64,000 nt of DNA, from positions 39,320 to 103,319 of the forward strand of contig CAWBMQ010000003.1 of the NCBI GenBank assembly GCA_963789925.1, written 5' to 3'. This document shows positions 56,170-64,000 of the stretch, piece after piece. Under the pieces are notes generated by a model that saw only the letters and a list, made by a program, of their open reading frames with translations, was not told where the DNA came from and ran no database searches. The DNA is from an uncultured Gemmatimonadales bacterium (GTDB lineage Bacteria > Gemmatimonadota > Gemmatimonadetes > Gemmatimonadales > GWC2-71-9). The translations under genes were made by a program, and so were the position numbers. Numbering within the stretch: the stretch's first letter is position 1; each line of letters begins with the position of its first letter.

Positions 56170-59055
56170 CTACAGGCCCAGTTCGTCGAGGAACTGTGCC
56201 CCGCCCGTTGGCACGCCGTGCCGTTCGCGTACGCGCGTGAGCACGAGGCGATCTTCCGCGCGCGTCATCCCCACGTAGAGCAGCCGTCGCGCCTCTTCCA
56301 TTTCGCCCTTCGGGATCTGCTTCCCCTGCCTGATCCCCGGCATCTCGGCATCCTCCACTCCCACGATGTAGACCCGCTTGAACTCGAGACCCTTCGTGGC
56401 ATGCAGCGTCAGCAGGTTGACACGATCATGATCGGTCTCGACCCCATCGGAACGTGACAGGGCCACGCGCTCGAGCAGTTCACGCAGCTGCACCTCCAGC
56501 GTCGTGCCGGTGAGGGCGTCGAGGATCCGTCCCAGCCGCTCCATCGCCGCCGGATAGCGATCGAGCGCCGTCTTCTCGGCGCGGATCTGCAGCATCTTCT
56601 CCCGCCCGCCGAGCCGCTCGATCACTTCATCGTGTGTAGGTGCCCCCGCCGCTCCGGGCCGTTCGCGCTCGACCGCGTATTCATCGAGGACATTGCTGTA
56701 GCGGCCCAGTGCCCACGCGCGGGTGAGCTTGACCAACAGGCCGGCCTCGTCAGAAAGCGTTGCCCAGTCGCCCAGTGCCAGGGCCAGACCGAGCCAGTCG
56801 AGCAGGTTGACCAGCGCCGTCTTCCGACCGCGCACGAGCTTGTCCTCCTCGAGGCGGAGGAACACCAGTGCCAGGGCACGGGCATCGTCCAGCGCGTGAT
56901 GCGCCGCGAGCAGCGGCACACCAAACGCAGCCGCCAGGTCGGACAGTCGCCGGCTTCCCGGATGAAGGTCGCGCGCCAGGGGCAGCGTGTCGTAGACCGG
57001 GATATCCATGGCACCGCCGTGCGGCGCCGCCATGCGGCGAAGGATCGGGAAGTCGAACCAGTGGCCATTGTGCGCCACCAGCAGGTCGTTCCCCACGAAC
57101 GCACGGAACGCCGGCCATACCTCCTCGAAGTACGGTGAGCCGCTCAGCGATTCCGCGGTGTAGCCGTGTACCTCCGTCGCCCTGGCCGCGACCGGTACCC
57201 GCGGCTTCACCAGCGACTGGAACTCGGCCACGATGGCGCCGTTCCGCACGCGCACGCCGGCGATCTCGACGATCTCGCACCCCTCGAGATTCTTGTCGGT
57301 CGTCTCCAGGTCGAACGCCACGAAATCACGGAATGCGTCCGGCATCTCCCGGCTGTGCGCCAGCTGCAGCGCCTTGAACGTCGTGAGCCCCGGGCCAAGG
57401 TGGCCCATCTGGTCCGGGTCCAGCACCAGGTCGCCCGATGCCACGTCGGCACCGGCGTCGAGCAGGCTCACGCTCGTCACGCCACCACCACGCAGCATGC
57501 CGGCGAGCGCGATCTCGACGCCGCCGAGCCGCTTAAGCCACACACGACGCCGACCGTGCATCGCGGTCGCGAGATCGGCGGCAAGGGCGCGTACCCCGTC
57601 ATCGGCTGCGGGATCACTCAGCTCCTCGTGACGCTCCTCGAGCAGGGTGCGGTACTCCCCAACCCGCTGGGCCAGCAGCTCGTCAACCAGCCCGTTGATG
57701 GTCGTGTGTTTCCGGCCCAGGGCGTGCAGGTTGTCGAGCGCCAGCTGGAAGCGCCGGAGTTTCTTGATCTCCGGATCCTCCTTCTGCCCGCGCCGCGCCG
57801 TCAGGCGGAGCCAATCGAGGAACTCGGCGTGGGCCGTCTCCGCCTCGGTGCGGATCCGCTGGTACAGGGTCTCCGGCAACACCACCCTGGCGAAGGATTC
57901 CTCGGGGACAGGATCGCCCGGCGCCGAGATGACCCGGAGCGCCGCCACCAGGTACTGCACCACCGGGTCGTCCTGCAGGGCACGACCCGCCGCGAGCCGG
58001 CAGGGCACGCCCGCCTGCAACAGCATTCCCTCGATGCGTGACCCCACCTCGTGCGTGCGATAGAGCACCCCGAATTCACCCCATGGCAGCATGGACTCGC
58101 CCCGGTCCCGGACGATGTCCTCCAGGATCCACGCCGACTCGGCATCGTCCTCATCGAAGGTTTTCACCTCGACGCCGTACGGCGACTCACGGGTGGCGCG
58201 CAGGGCTTTCCTGAACAAGGAGGGATTGTCGCGCAGCAGCCGTCGCGCCGTTTCGAAGATTCCCCGCGCATTGCGCCGGTTCTCCTCCAGGACGATGACC
58301 GACTTGATGTCGAAGTCTCCCGCCAATTTCTCCAGGACCCGGGGCACGGCACCGGTCCAGGAGAAGATCGATTGCTCATCATCGCCCACGGCAAAGAGGT
58401 TCCGATGGCCATCGGCGATGGCCTTGATCACCTCATACTGCACCGGATTGAGGTCCTGGCACTCATCGACGAGTACCGCATCCCACCGTCCCGCGACGGC
58501 CTCCTTCACGTCAGGGAGCTTCAGCAGCTCAGCGGCCCGCAAGACGAGGTCGTCGTAGTCGAGGAGGTTTCGCCGGGCGAGCCATGCCTTGTAGTCGGCC
58601 AGGAGTTGCACGCTGTTCGGGTGCAGTTCCGCCCCGGCCAGACGGTGTCGGCTGAAATCGTTCAGCCGCGTGGTGGCCCACTTGTACACGCCGAGTCGCC
58701 TCAGCAGCTGCACCTGGTAGCTCTCATCGGCGATCCCGAAGCCGCGAGGCACCCCGATCCGTTCACCGTGCTCCCGCAGCAGGATGACGCAGAGCGAATG
58801 AATCGTTCCGGCGGTCATGTCGCCGGCCCGATCGCCCAGGGCCTCCCTGAGCCGGCCCGAGATTTCTCCCGCTGCACGATTGGTGAAGGTGACAGCACAG
58901 ATGCGTGCTGGCGGGATCCCCTGGACATCCACGAAATGCCGGATGCGCTCGATGAGGCAGAAGGTCTTGCCCGCGCCCGGCCCGGCCAGCACGAGAACCG
59001 GCCCTGCGGGTGCATCGATGGCAGCGCGCTGGCTTGAACTGGGAGAGAAGGTCAC
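56170..59055 (-). CDS. UvrD/PcrA-family SF1 helicase with an embedded DEDDh (DnaQ-like) 3'-5' exonuclease domain
   Basis: Helicase motifs: LAGPGAGKT, VLVDECQD, FAVGDDEQSIFSWTGA, LEENRRN, and near the C-terminus TLHATKGLEF and LLYVGMTRAEDRLVL. Between them lies FVAFDLETTD ... LVAHNGHWFDFPIL ... HHALDDARAL (aa about 577-735). Confidence 0.9.
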   Translation of the reverse strand: MTFSPSSSQRAAIDAPAGPVLVLAGPGAGKTFCLIERIRHFVDVQGIPPARICAVTFTNRAAGEISGRLREALGDRAGDMTAGTIHSLCVILLREHGERIGVPRGFGIADESYQVQLLRRLGVYKWATTRLNDFSRHRLAGAELHPNSVQLLADYKAWLARRNLLDYDDLVLRAAELLKLPDVKEAVAGRWDAVLVDECQDLNPVQYEVIKAIADGHRNLFAVGDDEQSIFSWTGAVPRVLEKLAGDFDIKSVIVLEENRRNARGIFETARRLLRDNPSLFRKALRATRESPYGVEVKTFDEDDAESAWILEDIVRDRGESMLPWGEFGVLYRTHEVGSRIEGMLLQAGVPCRLAAGRALQDDPVVQYLVAALRVISAPGDPVPEESFARVVLPETLYQRIRTEAETAHAEFLDWLRLTARRGQKEDPEIKKLRRFQLALDNLHALGRKHTTINGLVDELLAQRVGEYRTLLEERHEELSDPAADDGVRALAADLATAMHGRRRVWLKRLGGVEIALAGMLRGGGVTSVSLLDAGADVASGDLVLDPDQMGHLGPGLTTFKALQLAHSREMPDAFRDFVAFDLETTDKNLEGCEIVEIAGVRVRNGAIVAEFQSLVKPRVPVAARATEVHGYTAESLSGSPYFEEVWPAFRAFVGNDLLVAHNGHWFDFPILRRMAAPHGGAMDIPVYDTLPLARDLHPGSRRLSDLAAAFGVPLLAAHHALDDARALALVFLRLEEDKLVRGRKTALVNLLDWLGLALALGDWATLSDEAGLLVKLTRAWALGRYSNVLDEYAVERERPGAAGAPTHDEVIERLGGREKMLQIRAEKTALDRYPAAMERLGRILDALTGTTLEVQLRELLERVALSRSDGVETDHDRVNLLTLHATKGLEFKRVYIVGVEDAEMPGIRQGKQIPKGEMEEARRLLYVGMTRAEDRLVLTRVRERHGVPTGGAQFLDELGL

Positions 59056-59738
59056 GCGGGAAAGTTAGCGCCCACCTGCGACATCCATTGGCGCATTGTA
59101 TCGCACAGCTCATCAAGGACCTGCACATCACTCCGCCCCGATCGCTTCAGCACGTGGAACGAATGATCCGCCCCTTCCACCTCGTGCAGCGTGGCGCTCG
59201 GCCCGAGATCGGCACAGATGCTCCGCATGCGACCCAGTTCCGCGAGGTCGTCACGCGTGCCCTGCAGAAACAGCATCGGGATCGGCACCTGGTACAGGTG
59301 GGTGGACCGCTTCACATCAGGCTTCTTCGGCGCATGCAGGGGAAACCCGAGGAAGGCAAGCCCGACCACTCCGGGGAGTGCTTCCCGGCTTGCGAGTTCG
59401 GACGTCATGCGGCCACCGAAGGACTTCCCCCCCGCAAAGAGCGGTGTGCCAGGCAGCTCGGTGCCGGCAACGCCGATGGCCGCACGCACCGTCGCCATGG
59501 CCACCGCGGGGGTGTCGGGCCTGCCGCGCCGCTGTTCCATGTAGGGGAACTGGTATCGCAGCGTCGCAATGCCGCGCGCCGCCAGCGCCCGTGCCGTCGC
59601 GTCGAGGAACGGGTGCCGCATCCCCGCCCCCGCGCCGTGGGCCATGACGTAGCATGCACCGGCGCCTTCGGGTAAGAGCAGGATGCCGGAGACGGGTCCG
59701 CCGTCCAGCGGAATCACGAGATCGCGCACGGAAGTCAT
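59052..59738 (-). CDS. Alpha/beta-fold hydrolase (COG3571/KANL3-like), co-transcribed with the helicase
   Basis: HGAGAGM, nucleophile elbow GGKSFGGR, LFLQGTRD, and GADHSF. Its stop overlaps the helicase start by 4 nt. Confidence 0.75.
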   Translation of the reverse strand: MTSVRDLVIPLDGGPVSGILLLPEGAGACYVMAHGAGAGMRHPFLDATARALAARGIATLRYQFPYMEQRRGRPDTPAVAMATVRAAIGVAGTELPGTPLFAGGKSFGGRMTSELASREALPGVVGLAFLGFPLHAPKKPDVKRSTHLYQVPIPMLFLQGTRDDLAELGRMRSICADLGPSATLHEVEGADHSFHVLKRSGRSDVQVLDELCDTMRQWMSQVGANFPA

Positions 59739-59772
59739 GCGGGAAAGCTACCGCGGCCCTTAGATTCTCTCC

Positions 59773-60467
59773 ATGCGCGTCCTTGTCGGCACCAGCGGCT
59801 ACTCCTTCCCCGAATGGAAGGGGTCCTTCTATCCCAAGTCGTTGCCGGCCGCCGGGATGCTAACGTTCTACGCCGCGCGCTTCCCCACCGTGGAGATCAA
59901 CAACACCTTCTACCGCCTGCCCAAGGAATCGGTAGTGATGGACTGGGCCACGGCGGCGCCCGATGGCTTCACCTTCAGCATCAAGGCGTCCCAGCGGATT
60001 ACCCACCACGCCCGGCTCAAGGACACCGAGGAACTCATGAGCTATCTCCTGCGGGTCTGTACCGCCCTGGGGGACAAGCGCGGGCCCACGCTGTTCCAGC
60101 TGCCGCCCAACATGAAGGTCGACCTCGCGCGCCTCGCCGCGTTCCTGCCGCTGATACCGCGTCGCTGGAAGGCCGCGATCGAGTTCCGGCATCCCACCTG
60201 GTTCAGCGAGGAGGTGTACGCCCTCCTGCGCCAGCACGAGGTGGCACTCGTCGCCGCGGAGAATGAGGATGCTGAGGCTGCAGTCGAGCCGACGGCGCCG
60301 TACGGCTATCTACGACTGCACAAGCCGGCATACACCCCGGGGAGCTCGACACCTGGGCGGCCACGATCAAGGCGCAGCCCTGGGAAGAGGCGTGGATCTA
60401 CTTCAAGCACGACAACGATACCGCGGGCCCCGAGCTCGCCGCCGCATTCGCCGCGCGTTTCGCCTGA
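59773..60467 (+). pseudogene. DUF72-family protein; one frameshift at the CCCCGGGG run (60335-60342)
   Basis: VGTSGYSFPEWKGSFYP, FPTVEINNTFY, FSIKASQRITH and TLFQLPPN. After ...LRLHKPAYTP the family text ELDTWAATIKAQPWEEAWIYFKHDNDTAGPELAAAFAARFA* continues in the -1 frame. One extra G restores it. Confidence 0.8.
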
Positions 60468-60473
60468 ACACCC

Positions 60474-60995
60474 GTGCCATCCGTTCGCCACGCCACTCCC
60501 GCTGATGCGGTGCTGCTCGCCAGCGTGGCGCGCCGCACCTTTCATGACGCCTACAGCGGCGACGACTCGAGTGCCGACCTGCAGGTCCACATGGACCGTC
60601 ACTTCGGCGTGCGCCAGCAGGCCGCGGAACTCGCCGACCCTGGCACCACGACGCTGATTCTCGAGGACGACGAGGGCAACGCGATCGGCTACGCGCTGCT
60701 CGGTGAGGACCCGGTCCCCGAGTGCGTCACCGGAGCGGCGCCGCTGCAGATCAGGCGCTTCTACGTCGACCAGGCCTGGAAGGGGAAGGGCGTCGCGCAG
60801 CAACTCATGGCGGCGGTCGATATCGAGGCGCGCCGCCGTGGGAGGGAAACGATCTGGCTGCTCGCGTGGTACCGGAACTTCCGGGCACACGCCTTCTATA
60901 AAAAGTGCGGCTTCGTTCAAGTGGGCATCGCGCCCTACCTCTTCGGCAACACCATGGAGCAGGACGTGGCCATGGCGAGACCTACCGCACCGTAA
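60474..60995 (+). CDS. GNAT-family N-acetyltransferase
   Basis: GTG start. Acetyl-CoA motif RRFYVDQAWKGKGVAQQLM. Tail AHAFYKKCGF. Confidence 0.85.
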   Translation: MPSVRHATPADAVLLASVARRTFHDAYSGDDSSADLQVHMDRHFGVRQQAAELADPGTTTLILEDDEGNAIGYALLGEDPVPECVTGAAPLQIRRFYVDQAWKGKGVAQQLMAAVDIEARRRGRETIWLLAWYRNFRAHAFYKKCGFVQVGIAPYLFGNTMEQDVAMARPTAP

Positions 60996-62847
60996 CCTCG
61001 GTCTTCGCCCGCACCGCCGTTCCCCTCACCTCGGCGGTGAGCACCTGTACGCCGCGCTTGCTGCCCAGCCGCCATTTCGCCGTCACCGAACCATCGGGCG
61101 CCGGCATTGCCCGCGCGGGGCTGAGTGAACCCGACGTTGCCGACAGGGTCACCTGCCGGTCGGTGACCCGGTTGCCGTGGACATCGGTGATCACGAGCCG
61201 TATCGGGCGCGGCAGCGGTTTCCCAGGCGTCCCGCTCGCGGGCGGTGACACGAACTCGATGTTGGCGGGTGATCCGGCTGACGCCTGCACTGTCGCCGTG
61301 AGGGGCGGGAGCGAGCCCGACTTCACGATCATCTGCTGCCGCCCCGCCTTGCTGCCAAGGGTCCAGCGGAACGAAGCCACTCCCATCGAGTCGGTGATCC
61401 TCATGCTGTCCGCCAGGGCGCCAGTGAGCACCGAAGCGGTGACCCGCGCCCCCTTCACAGGATTCCCCGCGTCGTCGCGCAACTCCACCGTGATCGGCTT
61501 CTTCAGCGCCTCACCCGCGATGCCCTTTTGTGCATTGCCATCGCCTCCCAGCAGCATCGCCGGGGGACCAGCCACTGCGGTGGCGATCACCGGCGCCACC
61601 GGCACGTTCCGGCCGTTCCCCACCCGTACACGCGCCCGCTGCATTCCCGCCCGCCGGGAGAGCAGCCACGTGGCGTGCGACTCCCCCAGGGAGTCGGTGC
61701 GCCCCTCGACCGTAGTGATGGTCCCGCTGTCGAGCGCCACCCAAGTGACCGGAACGCCCGGCAGGAGATGTCCCGCTGAATCGGTGAGTTGCACCGCCAC
61801 CTTGAGTGGCACCGGTGCGCCCGCGACACCACCCCACGGATAGCCGACCGGCGTCACCCGGGTGTTCGCCGCGACAGGCTCCGCGTCGGCCAGCAGCACC
61901 AACGAACTGTCGAGCTCGGGCACCGATGCGAGGAGGCGTTGCCGTCCGGGAAGTGGCCCGAGCGTCCACGCACTGGTCGCGATTCCGTCCAGATTGGTCG
62001 TCGCGTACGCCGGATCCGCAGTCCCGCCACGTTCCGGCACGAAATGCACGCTGACCCCGCTCATGGGACGTCCGCGGCGCGACTCGAGCATCACCCGCAC
62101 CGGGGTTCCTAGGCGGGTACCGGCATCGGCCGACTGCGCGTTACCGTCGAGTGGCAGGAGCCGCCCCGGCACGGACGAAACCATCGCGTGCACGGTGGCG
62201 AGGACACCGGCGTGCATCACCGTGACGTCGGCCTCACCGGCACCGATGCCCTTCACCACGCCCGAGTCGTTCACGACGATCACCGCGGTGTCCGACGACA
62301 TCCAGGTCACCGGCACGACGGGGGCCACATGCCCGCGCGCATCGAGCGCTTGCGACGTGATGCGGAAGGTGGAACCTTCGCCGACCGTCACCGTATTGTC
62401 TACAATCTCGAGGCGGGCCATACGAGGAGCCACCACAAGTCGCGCGCGCGCCGACTTCTCCCCGACATGTGCCACGATGAAGGTCGAACCCGGCGCCTGG
62501 GCCACCGCCACTCCTGAACTGTCCACCGTCGCCACCTGTGGGTTCTCGCTGGTCCACGTGAGCGACGTGCCCACGAGCGCCGTGCCCCGCTGGTCGGTGA
62601 TCGACGCCACGAGGCGCACGGTATCGCCGAGGGATTCGAGGGTGTCGATCGCAGGCGCCACGCCCACCCAGTGAACGCCGAAGTCGAGGACGGTGCGGCG
62701 CGACACCGAGGCGTCACCAATGAGGCCGCATGAATGCGCGGATGCGAGGATGGTGGCGAGGCCGGCGCCGAGCGACAGCGAGCCCGTGACCCAGCGGGTC
62801 GCATGAGCGGAGGAGGCCTGCAGCAGGTTGCGCGAGGCTGGGGGCAC
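60982..62847 (-). CDS. Membrane-anchored protein with tandem bacterial Ig-like (Big_2/Big_1-like) domains
   Basis: N-terminal anchor WVTGSLSLGAGLATILASA. Repeated units such as LTWTSENPQVATVDSSGVAVAQAPGSTFIVA and VTWMSSDTAVIVVNDSGVVKGIGAGEADVTV. The + strand ORFs here are antisense shadows. Confidence 0.75.
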   Translation of the reverse strand: MPPASRNLLQASSAHATRWVTGSLSLGAGLATILASAHSCGLIGDASVSRRTVLDFGVHWVGVAPAIDTLESLGDTVRLVASITDQRGTALVGTSLTWTSENPQVATVDSSGVAVAQAPGSTFIVAHVGEKSARARLVVAPRMARLEIVDNTVTVGEGSTFRITSQALDARGHVAPVVPVTWMSSDTAVIVVNDSGVVKGIGAGEADVTVMHAGVLATVHAMVSSVPGRLLPLDGNAQSADAGTRLGTPVRVMLESRRGRPMSGVSVHFVPERGGTADPAYATTNLDGIATSAWTLGPLPGRQRLLASVPELDSSLVLLADAEPVAANTRVTPVGYPWGGVAGAPVPLKVAVQLTDSAGHLLPGVPVTWVALDSGTITTVEGRTDSLGESHATWLLSRRAGMQRARVRVGNGRNVPVAPVIATAVAGPPAMLLGGDGNAQKGIAGEALKKPITVELRDDAGNPVKGARVTASVLTGALADSMRITDSMGVASFRWTLGSKAGRQQMIVKSGSLPPLTATVQASAGSPANIEFVSPPASGTPGKPLPRPIRLVITDVHGNRVTDRQVTLSATSGSLSPARAMPAPDGSVTAKWRLGSKRGVQVLTAEVRGTAVRAKTEVTVR

Positions 62848-63141
62848 GGGCGGTCTTGTTGGGGACTCAGACCGTACGCTGCACGAGATGAACCACGACG
62901 CGCACGAAATTCACCGTTCCAACCGATGACGCCGCAACGCATTCCCGCCCCGTTGGCCGCGAGCAATTATCTGCAGCGCGAATCGGGCGGCAGTTTGCCC
63001 ACGACTCTCGCGGGACGATGTGCGAAAGGCTGCACCATGGCCGCCGCGGTGATGCACCCGATCCCGACTACGGTGGGCAGTTCAGGCTCTTCTCGGGAGG
63101 GTCACCGGGGCCGCCCGGCCAGACGGCCCCGGCGCACTGCG

Positions 63142-63456
63142 CTAGTGCGCCCCAGCCACCTCGAGCGAGATCAGCAGTTCTCCCTCCAGCACCTCGGCCG
63201 GGCCCACCTGCATGGGCAACGGCGTCTTCCGTACGAACTCGGCGGCACGCCGGGTAGACTCGGCTCCTCCCGCGCGCGTCTCGAAGACGCTGACGGTGCA
63301 CAGGTCCTTGTCCGTGACGAAGACATGATAGGCGTGGAATCCCTCGATGTCCTTCACCATCGGAAGGAACCCATCGCTGATGAGGCGCTTGGTCTCTTCG
63401 ATCTGGTCCTTGGGCATGCTCGTTGTCGCGGTGTACCGGCGGATGGTCGCAAACAT
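63142..63456 (-). CDS. Small ABM/Dabb-fold (antibiotic biosynthesis monooxygenase-like) protein
   Basis: 104 aa. MFATIRRY........ISDGFLPMVKDIEGFHAYHVF........VSVFETRAGAE.S matches the ferredoxin-like ABM pattern. Confidence 0.55.
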   Translation of the reverse strand: MFATIRRYTATTSMPKDQIEETKRLISDGFLPMVKDIEGFHAYHVFVTDKDLCTVSVFETRAGGAESTRRAAEFVRKTPLPMQVGPAEVLEGELLISLEVAGAH

Positions 63457-63657
63457 GGCTTGACTCCTCGAGACGAGGTGCTCGGCCGGGTTCGCGATTG
63501 GCTCCGCCCGGCGCTTGGGCGACCATCGAAATGCGCGCCGGGGTTCTCAGCCTCCGAACCTGAGACTATGCCCCCCTCCTGCCGATCACGTCAATACCCG
63601 GCTTGCCACGAGGGGTACCACGTCGTAGCCTAGAGCCGCCCCCAGACAGGAACGCCC

Positions 63658-64000
63658 ATGGTCTCGCTCGCCTCCCTGTGGCTCCCGATCCTGCTTTCCG
63701 CCGTCCTCGTGTTCGTCGCGAGCACCCTGATCCACATGGTGCTCAAGTACCATGCGGCCGACTACCGGGCACTGCCGAATGAAGCGGCCTTCCGTGCCGC
63801 CTTCAGGGGCACGCACGTACCCCCGGCCCAGTACATCATTCCGCATATCTCCGACATGAAGCAGATGGGCAGCCCGGAGCACATCGCGAAACTGACGGAA
63901 GGGCCCGTCGCAGTGCTCAACGTGCGGCCGAATGGCGTGATCGGGAATGGGGAAGAGCGCTCGGCCAGTGGTTCCTGTTCTCGCTGGTCGTCTCCGCCTG
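63658..64000 (+). CDS. Hypothetical membrane protein, partial (runs off the window); probable frame change near 63945
   Basis: The ATG at 63658 gives MVSLASLWLPILLSAVLVFVASTLIHMVLKYH.ADY. Near the end the hydrophobic text GQWFLFSLVVSA appears only in another frame. Confidence 0.45.
   Translation, partial: MVSLASLWLPILLSAVLVFVASTLIHMVLKYHAADYRALPNEAAFRAAFRGTHVPPAQYIIPHISDMKQMGSPEHIAKLTEGPVAVLNVRPNGVIGNGEERSASGSCSRWSSPP

Noticed and set aside
62734-63633. A 299-aa + strand ORF and the 152-aa minus ORF 63068-63526 spanning the spacer around the ABM-like gene.
   Set aside because: The text is Arg/Pro-rich and uninformative. It overlaps the better-supported 104-aa ABM-fold gene (63142-63456) and intergenic hairpins.
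1-64000. Search by eye for rRNA, tRNA, CRISPR repeats, IS elements, integrases, prophage genes and classic defence genes (restriction-modification, toxin-antitoxin, Cas, abortive infection).
   Set aside because: None were found. The only exact repeats are the 27-bp and 12-bp tandem duplications and the short purine heptamer motif. The window looks like core chromosome plus one small lower-GC islet.

Overview
High-GC bacterial chromosomal segment. The gene content suggests a soil Gemmatimonadota- or Acidobacteria-like organism, but that is a weak guess I cannot check without a database search. I can support about 50 protein-coding genes. I saw no rRNA, tRNA, CRISPR array, transposase or integrase. 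Most content is housekeeping or envelope-related: Big_2 surface lipoproteins, an M48 peptidase, oligopeptidase B, a ThrE exporter, a vWA protein, fahA, selO, rho, serA/serC, an FKBP isomerase, a GGDEF cyclase, ABC and MATE exporters, efp, AlaX, a Hanks kinase, and ligD/ku. Six things deserve a second look. (1) A PQQ dehydrogenase with a lanthanide-type D-x-D signature sits between two sulfocyanin-like cupredoxins instead of a cytochrome c. One cupredoxin carries Glu where the axial Met should be, and two translationally coupled small unknown genes follow. (2) The EF-P has Asn at the normally modified loop tip, and is followed by a lower-GC two-gene islet encoding a JmjC/cupin-type oxygenase. 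(3) A hyp-fahA-selO-HD operon has three 4-nt start/stop overlaps, which makes the HD protein a candidate eraser for SelO AMPylation. (4) An NHEJ neighbourhood (ligD, ku) abuts a UvrD-type helicase with an embedded DEDDh exonuclease. (5) The Rho factor lacks the N-terminal helix bundle and the canonical aromatic RNA-binding residues. (6) There is a striking pattern of reading-frame disruptions. About 13-15 scattered indels, several at G/C homopolymers, break otherwise normal genes. More than 20 are packed into the DUF1015-serA-serC operon alone. This is most simply an assembly or consensus artefact and needs read-level confirmation. All functional calls come from motif recognition by eye; no searches were run.
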